DNA from: Eledone cirrhosa | Taxonomy: Eukaryota | Reading direction: 5' to 3' | Length of the DNA stretch: 64,000 nt | Assembly (NCBI GenBank): GCA_964016885.1 | Contig: OZ024741.1 | Span: 370,078,001 to 370,142,000 of the forward strand | Part shown: one piece after another, positions 28,401 to 44,470 of the stretch | Position numbering within the stretch: the first letter of the stretch is position 1 | Layout of the letters: every line of letters starts with the position of its first letter | The notes under the pieces: model-generated | What the model was told of the DNA's origin: nothing | Seen by the model: the letters and a program-made list of their open reading frames with translations, nothing else | Databases searched by the model: none | Position numbers and translations under genes: made by a program

Positions 28401-31337
28401 TTGCTTGTTACTGTTGTTGTTGTTTGTTAATGTTGTTGTTGTTGCTTGTTACTGTTGTTGTTGTTTGTTAATGTTGTTCTTGTTGCTTGTTACTGTTGTT
28501 GTTGTTTGTTAATGTTGTTGTTGTTGCTTGTTACTGTTGTTGTTGTTTGTTAATGTTGTTGTTGTTGTTGTTGTTGTTTGTTAATGTTGTTGTTGTTGCT
28601 TGTTACTGTTGTTGTTGTTTGTTAATGTTGTTGTTGTTGCTTGTTACTGTTGTTGTTGTTTGTTAATGTTGTTGTTGTTGCTTGTTACTGTTGTTGTTGT
28701 TTGTTAATGTTGTTGTTGTTGCTTGTTACTGTTGTTGTTGTTTGTTAATGTTGTTGTTGTTGCTTGTTACTGTTGTTGTTGTTTGTTAATGTTGTTGTTG
28801 TTGCTTGTTACTGTTGTTGTTGTTTGTTAATGTTGTTGTTGTTGTTTGTTAATGTTGTTGTTGTTGCTTGTTACTGTTGTTGTTTGTTAATGTTGTTGTT
28901 GTTGCTTGTTACTGTTGTTGTTGTTTGTTAATGTTGTTGTTGTTGCTTGTTACTGTTGTTGTTGTTTGTTAATGTTGTTGTTGTTGCTTGTTACTGTTGT
29001 TGTTGTTTGTTAATGTTGTTGTTGTTGCTTGTTACTGTTGTTGTTGTTTGTTAATGTTGTTGTTGTTGCTTGTTACTGTTGTTGTTTGTTAATGTTGTTG
29101 TTGTTGCTTGTTACTGTTGTTGTTGTTTGTTAATGTTGTTGTTGTTGCTTGTTACTGTTGTTGTTGTTTGTTAATGTTGTTGTTGTTGCTTGTTACTGTT
29201 GTTGTTGTTTGTTAATGTTGTTGTTGTTGCTTGTTACTGTTGTTGTTGTTTGTTAATGTTGTTGTTGTTGCTTGTTACTGTTGTTGTTGTTTGTTAATGT
29301 TGTTGTTGTTGCTTGTTACTGTTGTTGTTTGTTAATGTTGTTGTTGCTTGTTACTGTTGTTGTTTGTTAATGTTGTTGTTGTTGCTTGTTACTGTTGTTG
29401 TTGTTTGTTAATGTTGTTGTTGTTGCTTGTTACTGTTGTTGTTGTTTGTTAATGCTGTTGTTGTTGCTTGTTACTGTTGTTGTTGTTTGTTAATGTTGTT
29501 GTTGTTGCTTGTTACTGTTGTTGTTGTTTGTTAATGCTGTTGTTGTTGCTTGTTACTGTTGTTGTTTGTTAATGTTGTTGTTGTTGCTTGTTACTGTTGT
29601 TGTTGTTGTTGTTGTTTGTTAATGTTGTTGTTGTTGCTTGTTACTGTTGTTGTTTGTTAATGTTGTTGTTGTTGCTTGTTACTGTTGTTGTTTGTTAATG
29701 TTGTTGTTGTTGCTTGTTACTGTTGTTGTTTGTTAATGTTGTTGTTGCTTGTTACTGTTGTTGTTTGTTAATGTTGTTGTTGTTGCTTGTTACTGTTGTT
29801 GTTGTTTGTTAATGTTGTTGTTGTTGCTTGTTACTGTTGTTGTTGTTTGTTAATGTTGTTGTTGTTGCTTGTTACTGTTGTTGTTTGTTAATGTTGTTGT
29901 TGTTGCTTGTTACTGTTGTTGTTTGTTAATGTTGTTGTTGTTGCTTGTTACTGTTGTTGTTGTTTGTTAATGTTGTTGTTGTTGCTTGTTACTGTTGTTG
30001 TTTGTTAATGTTGTTGTTGTTGCTTGTTACTGTTGTTGTTGTTTGTTAATGTTGTTGTTGTTGCTTGTTACTGTTGTTGTTGTTTGTTAATGTTGTTGTT
30101 GTTGCTTGTTACTGTTGTTGTTGTTGTTGTTTGTTAATGTTGTCGTTGTTGTTGTTGTTTGTTAATGTTGTTGTTGTTGTTGTTGTTTGTTACTGTTGTT
30201 GTTGTTGTTGTTGTTTGTTACTGTTGTTGTTGTTGTTGTTGTTTGTTAATGTTGTTGTTGTTGTTGTTGTTTGTTAATGTTGTTGTTCCTGTTGCTTGTT
30301 ACTGTTCTTGTTGTTTGTTAATGCTGTTGTTGCTTGTTACTGTTGTTGTTTGTTAATGTTGTTGTTGTTGTTGCTTGTTACTGTTGTTGTTGTTTGTTAA
30401 TGTTGTTGTTGTTGTTGCTTGTTACTGTTGTTGTTGTTTGTTAATGTTGTTGTTGTTTGTTAATGTTGTTGTTGTTGTTGCTTGTTACTGTTGTTGTTGT
30501 TTGTTAATGTTGTTGTTGTTTGTTAATGTTGTTGTTGTTGTTGCTTGTTACTGTTGTTGTTGTTGTTGTTTGTTAATGTTGTTGTTGTTGTTGCTTGTTA
30601 CTGTTGTTATTGTTGTTTGTTAATGTTGTTGTTGTTGCTTGTTACTGTTGTTGTTGTTGTTTGTTAATGTTGTTGTTGTTGTTGCTTGTTACTGTTGTTG
30701 TTGTTGTTTGTTAATGTTGTTGTTGTTGTTGCTTGTTACTGTTGTTGTTCTTGTTTGTTAATGTTGTTGTTGTTGCTTGTTACTGTTGTTGTTGTTGTTT
30801 GTTAATGTTGTTGTTCTTGTTGCTTGTTACTGTTGTTGATGGTCTTGCTGTTGTTGCTTGTTAATATAGTTCTTTTTATGTTGTTGTTGCTCTTGTTACT
30901 GTCATTGATGGTCTTGTTTGTTAATGTTGTAGTTGTTGTTGTTAATGTCGTTATTGTTTCTTAATGTTTTTGTTGTTGTTAATGTCGTTAATTTAGATGT
31001 TGTTACTGTTTATTAATGTTTTTGTTAATGATATTGTTGTTCTTTGTTACTGTTACTGTTGTTGTTACTGTTACTGTTGTTACTGTTATTGTTGTTGTTA
31101 CTGTTGTTGTTGTTACTGTTGCTGTTGTTACTGTTATTGTTGTTGTTACTGTTATTGTTGTTGTTACTGTTGTTGTTGTTACTGTTCTTGTTGTTACTGT
31201 TGTGGTTGTTACTGTTGTTGTTACTGTTGTTGTTGTTACTGTTGTTGTTGTTATTGTTGCTGTTATTACTGTTGCTGTTGTTACTGTTATTGTTGTTGTT
31301 ACTGTTCTTGTTGCTACTGTTGCTGTTGTTACTGTTA
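25500..31337. repeat. (GTT)-derived minisatellite, ~41-bp unit tgttaa(tgt)4tgct-tgttac(tgt)4t, with degenerate edges
   Basis: Homogeneous core at ~25900-30830. Confidence 0.93.
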
Positions 31338-31774
31338 CTAGCAGAAAAACCACCCTTCGGGTGGTTTTCTGCTAGCATGTGTGGTGTGTATATTGATATT
31401 ATACGCAAGTATATATACATGTAGATATGATACATCAAATACAATCGTAATTGACAATATAAACAGAAATTGAACGAAGACTGTGTTACACTGTCTTATG
31501 TAATCAGTAACGTAATCCATGATACATTAAAAAAAGACGATATTATGTATAAACTGCATTAGGAGAAAATTAGTATGTTTATTTAAGTGATCGCCACCGG
31601 AAGTGTTGACATCACACACACTCTCTTTCTATATATATGGTAGTTGAGGTGGTGGTGGTGGCAACGATATACCGGATGTGCAACTTTGAAAAGAAGTCAA
31701 TTTTGAATTATTTATTTTTACGAAATTAGTTTTGTTTACGAAATTTAGTAGATAAATTATCTAATATTCATTCA

Positions 31775-34345
<2,571 letters not shown>

Positions 34346-34579
34346 TATTGGCGTAGACGTAGAGAGCTCTACTTTATTATGAAATGACAAGACGATCCAA
34401 CGTTCAGTATGTCATTACAACCAACAATCATGTAGAGTAATAATATTCAGATATATTTTCGTTTGAAAAACAGATTTATGTATCTCTCTATTAATGTTAT
34501 CGGTGAAACGCGCGTAAAATGAGGGAAATACTTTAATTCTACCTTTACCATTTGTCTCTCTCTCTCTATATATATATAG

Positions 34580-34714
34580 ACAGAATTAGCCGTCGAAACG
34601 GCTTGAGCTCAGCCGTCGGGGTCCTACTCGTTCCTATTACCCACTGTACTACCCTAATTATTGAGTACTTTGGTGCGTTATGGTCCATCTGGTTCCTTAC
34701 CACATTTCCTTCGT

Positions 34715-34715
<1 letters not shown>
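34580..34715. mobile_element. Single arm of the 'taacgaagg' family
   Basis: Reverse complement of 48667-48800. Confidence 0.8.
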
Positions 34716-34768
<53 letters not shown>

Positions 34769-34932
34769 AAATGACTTCTACAGGTTTAGAGGTGCTTTAT
34801 TCGTAAGAATACACCAGGAAAGACTTTCCTGGTGATTTTTACGAATGAAACAGTTTTAGACCTGTAGAAGTAATTTCTATAATAAATTAAATATACCTAT
34901 GCTATACTACCGTTTTTAACTGTGGTCACCCC
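34769..34932 (+). mobile_element. 'ctacagg' family foldback element with tail
   Basis: Palindrome 34769-34876 centred at 34823, with a decayed CUGGUGA...GAAAC motif. Confidence 0.7.
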
Positions 34933-37390
34933 CATATATATATATATATATATCGTGTCTGACCATCTCAAAGTATAACAATATATATATATATATATAT
35001 ATATAATTATTATTATTATATAGTCTTATATTTAGGGATGGTAATGTTGCCAGTATTGCCAATAAAAAGAAACACTCGCACCATATGATTTTCATTTTAT
35101 CTTTATTGCTCTTATTCATTCGTTTGTCAAAGGTTTTTGTAACACATTCTGTGACCTCCTCAATGATTATCTGTTCTCTTTTGTGCTTCTCTTCTTTCTA
35201 GTCTTAAACTTCTAATCCACCTCTTTTGTTTTGTGGTGCGCGAAACACATATATGAGTGAGTTTCTGTGTATCTGTGCATATATATATACGTATGTATAC
35301 TTGTGTATATATATAAGGATGTATACTTGTGTATATGTATATGTCTTATTTTCCTTTTACTTGTTTCGTGCCCATAGCCTAGGCAGTCTAAAGGACACTC
35401 TAAGTATTGATAGTAAAGTACATAGCACATTACAATGCGATAGATTAGGTAAATATTATATCTCGTATATGTTTGCCAACCCCATAAAAAAACATAAATA
35501 AGCGGTACGATACCACCACTCCACTACATCACCCACACCACCACAGCACGTTACCACAACACTATAAGCTCAATGCACCACCACAACATAACCCCCACGA
35601 CGCCATTACATCTTTTTCCCACTACACCATGAATTGTAACATCTGTTTTCGTTATTTTTCAAAAAAAAACAAAATTAACACACGAGGAATTTTATTATTT
35701 TTATTGTTGTTGTTGATGTTGTTGTTGTTAGTGTGGGTTGGGTTGTAGTGGGAGGGGGTGGGGGTAATGTATTCCCCTCATATCTTTCAATCTTTGCTTA
35801 TCACAACGTTTGCCTGGCAGAGTATTGAGGGAAAATTAGAATGTAGACATAAGAAACAATTTATATTACATAGAATATATGAAAAGGGGAAGGGTGTGAG
35901 GAGGACAAAGATGTGAAAAAGGAGGGGGGAGGGGTGAAGGGGTGAAGGAGGAATGGAGGATTTCGAAATATACATTGTTGTACATACAAGAGCACACAGG
36001 CCACGTAAAATACATGTATATGTCGCACGCACGTGCACACATACACACACGTATATATATATATATATACATGTGTGTGTGTATGTATATATATATATAT
36101 ATGTATATATATATTATATATATATATTATATTATATATATATATATATTATATATATATATATATTATATATATATATATGCGGAAAGTTATTAATTGA
36201 TGGTTGTGCCTTGACATTGCCAAAGCACGTAGACTGGCAAATGGAAATGAAAGAATGGTAAAAATGTACCAGTTAACTACTGCGTCCTGTTTAATTCAAT
36301 ACACAGCCTGTCTATTGTGCCTACTCTATAAATTAACCTCTTCTTTTGAATGTTAGTTATGATGGCATTTTTTATTTAACTTTTTTTGCTTATCTACCTG
36401 TTCGCGAACATTAGTTTACTTGCTTATCTCCCCTTAATATGCGATGTCCTCCACTGCTGTCCCTCACCCTACTCACCCTCCATATGTTTCTGCTTCTCCT
36501 TCAAATTCTCTCCTGCCACTCTCACTCACTTTATATTTCATCTCCCACTCTCCCCCTTTACCTGTTCGTCTGCTCCTACACATTCGTCACCTTCTTCTTA
36601 GTTTCATCTCTTCCCTTCTCCTTCTCTGCTCCTCCCCCTTTCATTTCTTCTTTATCTTTCCTTCTTCACCCTCCCACTCTCCTCTTATACAGCCCCTTTC
36701 TACTGCTTCATCCCCATACCTTCCCTACTCCCCCCGCCCACGTCCTACCCCCTCCCTACTTCTCCGTCTCCACAAACATCTTCCTAACCCAACCAATATA
36801 CGCTCCTTCAATTACACACCATATCGCAATCTTGCCTTTTGCCTACAACCTGTAATCTGCCGCTAATCTGTCATCTGCAATCACAGTGTTAACTATGAGA
36901 GTATGTGGAAGTGAATAGAGGTGTGTAGAGGAGCATCTGTTCATATATGCACACACACACACACACACACACATCTCTCTCTCTCTATATATATAGAGAG
37001 AGATAGATAGATAGATATATTCTCACATATATACACCTATACATTCATACATACATTCACACATAATATGTAAATATGCATATATACATACACAAATATA
37101 TATAGAGATATATTCTTACATGTATACACCCATACATTTATACATTCACACTCATATACACAGATACATTCACACATAGATATATGTATATATGCATACA
37201 TACACACACACACACACTATACAACACAACACACACACATACACACACATATATATTATATATATATACATACAAACATACATATTTACAAACACATACA
37301 CTTGCATACATAAATATATACATACAAACATATATGTATTTATAAATATATATATACATACACACAAAAACTCATATATACAGACATACA

Positions 37391-37428
<38 letters not shown>

Positions 37429-37603
37429 AAATTTAGTAGAGCATCAACGAAGCTCTGGTTGCAGCCAAGCTAACGAATGCAGTCCCGGTGTGCAGCTAAG
37501 CACTCAATAGGGTATATTACCCTACAGTTATAACATTACGTTTAGACACCTTTGCAAATCGAATACAGCGACCGATAGACGGGCCGCAGTGACCATAGCG
37601 ACG

Positions 37604-37643
<40 letters not shown>

Positions 37644-37680
37644 GCACACATGTACATATATGCATGCATATATACCTACC

Positions 37681-38005
37681 TACGAGGGTAGGCTGAAATG
37701 TTCATAGCCCACTATGAAGGCATGATGCTAGGGCTGTGAAATCTTACATGCATTAATTTCAACTCCTTTTATTAATAACTGCATAGTTTCCTCCAGTTAA
37801 ACTGACATCTGACTGTTCAGAGAAGACTTCAAATGTAACTAGTACCAAGTTCGCTTGGAAATGGACCTATCTGCTGTTGACATCTTTGCTCAAAAGGATG
37901 AAAGCGTCTTCAACGATGGGATCCAAGCACTACAACACTGATGGAAGAAGTGTGTGGACCTCAAGAGGGATTATTTTGAAAAATAAACTTCATGGTTGGA
38001 TCCCA
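37681..38005 (+). mobile_element. Internally deleted mariner relic
   Basis: Terminus TA-CGAGGGTAGGCTGAAATGTTC. Transposase C-terminus FNDGIQALQH*WKKCVDLKRDYFEK*. Right TIR not seen. Confidence 0.75.
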
Positions 38006-38470
38006 AGTGAGACCACTCGAGCTCATGGATGATATCCAACCATCTTGCTCGGGGTCTGCCCCTGGATCTCCTGCTGGTTGGTTTGGTCCGTAAAATCTGT
38101 CCAGCGATTCTTTCCTGAGACCTTCTAACCACAAGTCTATAGTATCGGAGCTGTGACCGAAGTAGCCGCTGTACATGGAGCGAGTCTCTGATCTCCGAGC
38201 TACGTATTCTATCGAGTAACATTACTCCAAAGAGCCTTAGGAGGAACTCCATTTCGGCCACTTGTACTTGCGATCGTATTCTTTCGGTTATTACCCAAGT
38301 TTCATGACCATAGGTAAGGGTTGGCACAAATACCGAATTGAAGATAGAGAGTTTGGCCTTTATACCTACCTCCCTTCTCATTACAGAATGCTGAAGTTGG
38401 TGCATTACAGCACCAGCTCCTGCAATTATTGCACTTAATTCAGCCTCCTGTCTATTAGCTATCAGTTTCC
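38005..38470 (-). pseudogene. RTE-clade LINE fragment (region C-terminal to RT)
   Basis: KAKLSIFNSVFVPTLTYGHETW...AEMEFLLRLFGVMLLDRIRSSEIR...RSRGRPRARWLD. Confidence 0.85.
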
Positions 38471-38485
38471 TGTAATGTGGTACGT

Positions 38486-38911
38486 TGTGACATGTGATGT
38501 GGTATGACATATGCTGTGGTGTGGTGTGGTGTAACTTGTGATGTGGAGTGACTTGTGATATGGTGTGACATGTGATGTGGTGTGACATGTGATGTGGTAT
38601 GACATATGCTGTGGTGTAGTGTGGTGTAACTTGTGATGTGGAGTGACTTGTGATATGGTGTGACATGTGATGTGGTGTGACATGTGATGTGGTATGACAT
38701 ATGCTGTGGTGTAGTGTGGTGTAACTTGTGATGTGGAGTGACTTGTGATATGGTGTGACATGTGATGTGGTGTGACATGTGATGTGGTATGACATATGCT
38801 GTGGTGTGGTGTGACTTGTGGTGTGACATGTGGAGTCATGTCGTATGGTGTGACATGTGGTGTATTGTGAGATGTGATGTGGTGTGACATATACTGTGAT
38901 GTAGTGTGACA
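38486..38911. repeat. 95-bp minisatellite (~3.5 copies plus degenerate end)
   Basis: ggtatgacatatgctgtgg starts at 38501, 38596, 38691 and 38786. Confidence 0.9.
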
Positions 38912-41402
38912 TGTGGTGTAGTGGTCCTGTGGTGTAGTGGTGGTGTGGTGTAGTGGTCCTGTGGTGTAGTGGTGGTGTGGTGTAGTGGTGGTGTGGTGTA
39001 GTGGTGGTGTGGTGTAGTGGTGGTGTGGTATAGTGATGGTGTGGTATAGTGGTGGTGTGGTGTAGTGGTGGTGTGGTATAGTGGGGGTGTGGTATAGTGG
39101 TGGTGTGGTGTAGTGGTGGTGTAGTGTAGTGGTGGTGTGGTGTAGTGGTGGCGTGGTATAGTGGTGGTGTGGTGTAGTGGTGGTGTAGTGTAGTGGTGGT
39201 GTGTTGTAGTGGTCCTGTGGTGTAGTGGTGGTGTGGTGTAGTGGTGGTGTGGTGTAGTGGTGTAGTGGTGGTGTAGTGTAGTGGTGGTGTGGTGTAGTGG
39301 TGTAGTGGTGGTGTGGTGTAGTGGTGGTGTGGTGTAGTGGTGGTGTGGTGTAGTGGTGGTGTGTTGTAGTGGTCCTGTGGTGTAGTGGTGGTGTGGTGTA
39401 GTGGTGGTGTAATGTAGTGGTGGTGTGGTGTAGTCGTGGTGTGGTGTAGTGGTGGTGTGGTGTTGTGGTGGTGTGGTGTAGTGGTGGTGTGGTGTAGTGG
39501 TGGTGCGGTGTAGTGGTGGTGTGGTGTAGTGGTGGTGCGGTGTAGTGGTGGTGTGGTGTAGTGTTGGTGTGGTGTAGTGGTGGTGTGGTGTAGTGTTGGT
39601 GTGGTATAGTGGTGGTGTGGTGTAGTGGTGGCGTAGTGTACTGGTGGTGTGGTGTAGTGGTGGTGTGGTATAGTAGTGATGTGGTGTAGTGGTGGTGTGG
39701 TGTAGTGGTGGTGTGGTGTAGTGGTCCTGTGGTGTAGTGGTGGTGTGGTGTAGTGGTGGTGTGGTGTAGTGGTGGTGTGGTGTAGTGGTGGTGTGGTGTA
39801 GTGGTGGTGTGGTGTAGTGGTGGTGTAGTGTAGTGGTGGTGTGGTGTAGTCGTGGTGTGGTGTAGTGGTGGTGTGGTGTTGTGGTGGTGTGGTGTAGTGG
39901 TGGTGTGGTGTAGTGGTGGTGCGGTGTAGTGGTGGTGTGGTGTAGTGGTGGTGCGGTGTAGTGGTGGTGTGGTGTAGTGGTGGTGTAGTGTAGTGGTGGT
40001 GTGGTGTAGTGGTGGTGTGGTGTAGTGGTGGTGTGGTGTAGTGGTGGTGTGGTGTAGTGGTGGTGTAGTGTAGTGGTAGTGTGGTGTAGTGGTGGTGTGG
40101 TGTAGTGGTCCTGTGGTGTAGTGGTGGTGTGGTGTAGTGGTGGTGTGGTGTAGTGGTGGTGTGGTGTAGTGGTGGTGTGGTGTAGTGGTGGTGTAGTGTA
40201 GTGGTGGTGTGGTGTAGTGGTGGTGTGGTGTAGTGGTCCTGTGGTGTAGTGGTGGTGTGGTGTAGTGGTGGTGTTGTGTAGTGGTGGTGTGGTGTAGTGG
40301 TGGTGTGGTGTAGTGGTGGTGTGGTGTAGTGGTGGTGTGTTGTTGTGGTGGTGTGGTGTAGTGGTGGTGTGGTGTAGTGGTGGTGTGGTGTAGTGGTGGT
40401 GTGGTGTAGTGGTGGTGTGGTGTAGTGGTGGTGTAGTGTAGTGGTGGTGTGGTGTAGTGGTGGTGTGGTGTAGTGGTGGTGTGGTGTAGTGGTGGTGTGG
40501 TGTAGTGGTGGTTTGGTGTAGTGGTGGTGTAGTGTAGTGGTGGTGTGGTGTAGTGGTGGTGTGGTGTAGTGGTCCTGTGGTGTAGTGGTGGTGTGGTGTA
40601 GTGGTGGTGTGGTGTAGTGGTGGTGTGGTGTAGTGGTGGTGTGGTGTAGTGGTGGTGTAGTGTAGTGGTGGTGTAGTGTAGTGGTGGTGTCGTGTAGTGG
40701 TGGTGTGGTGTAGTGTTGGTGTGATGTAGTGGTCCTGTGGTGTAGTGGTGGTGTGGTGTAGTGGTGGTGTGGTGTAGTTGTCCTGTGGTGTAGTGGTGGT
40801 GTGGTGTAGTGGTGGTGTGGTGTAGTGGTGGTGTGGTGTAGAGGTGGTGTGGTGCGGTGTAGTGGTCCTGTGGTGTAGTGGAGGTGTGGTGTAGTGGTGG
40901 TGTGGTGTAGTGGTGGTGTCGGTGTAGTGGTGGTGTGGTGTAGTGGTGGTGTGGTGTAGAGGTGGTGTGGTGCGGTGTAGTGGTGGTGTGGTGTAGTGGA
41001 GGTGTGGTGTAGTGGTGGTGTGGTGTAGTGGTGGTGTGGTGTAGAGGTGGTGTGGTGCGGTGTAGTGGTCCTGTGGTGTAGTGGAGGTGTGGTGTAGTGG
41101 TGGTGTGGTGTAGTGGTGGTGTGGTGTAGAGGTGGTGTGGTGCGGTGTAGTGGTCCTGTGGTGTAGTGGAGGTGTGGTGTAGTGGTGGTGTGGTGTAGTG
41201 GTGGTGTCGGTGTAGTGGTGGTGTGGTGTAGTGGTGGTGTGGTGTAGTGGTGGTGTGGTGCGGTGTAGTGGTGGTGTGGTGTAGTGGTGGTGTGGTGTAG
41301 TGGTGGTGTGGTGTAGTGGTGGTGTGGTGTAGAGGTGGTGTGGTGCGGTGTAGTGGTCCTGTGGTGTAGTGGAGGTGTGGTGTAGTGGTGATGTCTGTAG
41401 TG
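38912..41402. repeat. 16-bp minisatellite GTGGTGTAGTGGTGGT
   Basis: About 2.5 kb of tandem copies; source of the 1000-aa and 863-aa H/T/P ORFs. Confidence 0.95.
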
Positions 41403-41689
41403 GCGACATGGTGTATTTTACCGGCAATTAAGTATATATATATATATATAATAAAATACACCATATATATAATTATATATATATATATAATATAAGATCA
41501 AAAGATGTATACTTATATTATGTATACTCCAGTCCTACAAACTGTAGAGTGCTTCTTATCCGATATCTGCATTGCTTTATTGTACTACAATAGAACTCAC
41601 CTCCTACATATATATATATATCACTCTCTATCTCAGTCTCAATTACAACTATAGTTTATTATGTGATAGGAAAGGTGTGTGGGGTGGAA

Positions 41690-42946
41690 GTGTAGATGTA
41701 TGGCGGGGTGGTCTAGTGGCAGTGTAGATGTATGGCGAGGTGGTGTAGTGGCAGTGTAGATGTATGGCGGGGTGGTGTAGTGGTGGTGTAGATGTAGGGC
41801 GGGGTGGTGTAGTGGCAGTGTAGATGTATGGCGGGGTGGTGTAGTGGTGGTGTAGATGTATGGCGGGGTGGTCTAGTGGCAGTGTAGATGTATGGCGGGG
41901 TGGTGTAGTGGTGGTGTAGATGTATGGCGGGGTGGTGTAGTGGCAGTGTAGATGTATGGCGGGGTGGTGTAGTGGTGGTGTAGATGTATGGCGGGGTGGT
42001 CTAGTGGCAGTGTAGATGTATGGCGAGGTGGTGTAGTGGCGGTGTAGATGTATGGCGGGTTGGTGTAGTGGCGGTGTAGATGTATGGCGGGGTGGTGTAG
42101 TGGCGGTGTAGATGTATGGCCGGGTGGTGTAGTGGCAGTTTAGATGTATGGCGGTGTGGTGTAGTGGCGGTGTAGATGTATGGCGGGGTGGTGTAGTGGC
42201 GGTGTAGATGTATGGCGGGGTGGTGTAGTGGCAGTGTAGATGTATGGCGGGGTGGTGTAGTGGCGGTGTAGATGTATGGCGGGGTGGTGTAGTGGTGGTG
42301 TAGATGTATGGCGGAGTGGTGTAGTGGCGGTGTAGATGTATGGCGGTGTGGTGTAGTGGCGGTGTAGATGTATGGCGGGGTGGTGTAGTGGCGGTGTAGA
42401 TGTATGGCGGTATGGTGTAGTGGCAGTGTAGATGTATGGCGGGGTGGTATAGTGGCGGTGTAGATGTATGGCGGGGTGGTGTAGTGGCGGTGTAGATGTA
42501 TGGCGGGGTGGTGTAGTGGCGGTGTAGATGTATGGCGGGTGGTGTAGTGGCAGTGTAGATGTATGGCTGGGTGGTGTAGTGGCGGTGTCGATGTATGGCG
42601 GGGTGGTGTAGTGGCGGTGTAGATGTATGGCGGGGTGGTGTAGTGGCGGTGTAGATGTATGGCGGGGTGGTGTAGTGGTGGTGTAGATGTATGGCGGAGT
42701 GGTGTAGTGGCGGTGTAGATGTATGGCGGTGTGGTGTAGTGGCGGTGTAGATGTATGGCGGGGTGGTGTAGTGGCGGTGTAGATGTATGGCGGTATGGTG
42801 TAGTGGCAGTGTAGATGTATGGCGGGTTGGTGTAGTGGCGGTGTAGATGTATGGCGGTGTGGTGTAGTGGCGGTGTAGATGTATGGCGGTGTGGTGTAGT
42901 GGTGGTGTAGATGTATGGCGGGGTGGTGTAGTGGCAGTGTAGATGT
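41690..42946. repeat. 32-bp minisatellite GTGTAGATGTATGGCGGGGTGGTGTAGTGGCG (~39 copies)
   Basis: Period 32 (tggcg at 41701, 41733, ...). Confidence 0.95.
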
Positions 42947-43217
42947 AATAGCTCTATTCCTCAGTCTCCATTACAAACTGTAGTTTACGAATTCACAGAA
43001 TCTATCTAATTTTTAGAAAGCCAATTAGATTAATTAAATATTACACGGTTAATTAGAGAAAGATTAACTCCACGGGGGGAGCAGTGGGGCGGTGGGGAGT
43101 GTTCATATGCCGAATTAGATTAATATATATGGAGAGAAGGGTTTGGGTAGATCTGTGATAGGGTGGGTGGCGGTGTGTTCGTCAGCTGAATTAGATTAAT
43201 ACGTAGAGAGAAAGAGA

Positions 43218-43314
<97 letters not shown>

Positions 43315-43843
43315 AGGAGGAAGGTGGGCTAGGTAGACAGAAGGTGGGGGTGGTATTCATCAGCTGAATTAGATTAATATATAGAGAGGGGAGAGGAGAA
43401 GGTAGACATTGGATAGGGTGGTATGAGGTGGAGGAGGAGGTGGCCTTCCAGGGATAATAGACAGAAATTATGAACGGTCACGTGATGGGGTGTAAATTAT
43501 TGGCGATGAAGTATGTACATCGGAAAACACTTGTTCCCCCATAACTCTCTCTCTCCCTCTCTCTCTCTGTCTGTCTCTCCTCTCTCTCTCACTCTCTGTC
43601 CATTTCTCTCCCTGTCTTTCATTGTTTCATTTATATATATATGTCTGTGGAGGGGTATACATATATACACACATACACACACATGCACACACACACGCAT
43701 ACACACACACACACATACACATACACACACACAAACACACACATATAGGGTCGTCCATTTAAGTTCGTATATACTTCATCAAAGACAGCGAAATATTTAC
43801 AAAAATGTATACTTATAGAGAAAGAACGAAGTAAGGAAAGCAG

Positions 43844-43886
<43 letters not shown>

Positions 43887-44470
43887 GGATCGATGGATAT
43901 ATAGATAGATAGATAGACAGATTGAGAGTGAGAGAGAGGGAGAGAGAGAGAGTGGGGAAAGAGAAGCATTCTATTACTGCAAATATATATCAAATTTCTA
44001 CACCATTTGTGTATTTCCATAATGACAGTGTAATGCCTTGTAAGCATGTATGCAGAAATGTATGTATGTATGTATGTATGTTATCTCTTTCTCTTAATTT
44101 CGAGTATGTTTTTTTGACCGGCCACCTTCCTGGTTGCAAGGTTGTAAAAGAAAAGAAATTGTCATCCCTTGAATCGCAAGAATGTTTTGCAAATTTTGAA
44201 GGTGCCAGCTATCGCAGCCATTTGTAGACTATGAATTAGGGAGCTGCGCTTTTTGTCCGCAAATCCAAGTTCAGTCATATTTTGGTCCAAGCGGGCTGGT
44301 ATATAACCCGTAGCTCCAATAATGATGGGTTTGAAGCTAAAGGTGTATCTTGGATACTGGATTTGTAAACTGGATACTGTACTGGATTTGTAATGTATGT
44401 ATGTATGTATGTATGTATGTATGTATGTATGTATGTATGTATGTATGTATGTATGTATGTATGTATGTAT

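Noticed and set aside
25900-30830. Regular array as a possible CRISPR
   Set aside because: No unique spacers, no cas genes, and a eukaryotic context.
31338-31375. Bidirectional rho-independent terminator
   Set aside because: The shape fits, but the context is eukaryotic with no adjacent bacterial gene; kept as a possible Helitron-type end.
38462-41464. 1000-aa and 863-aa His/Thr/Pro-rich ORFs
   Set aside because: They are translations of a 16-bp minisatellite that lacks stops on the minus strand; several frames are open and there is no unique domain.
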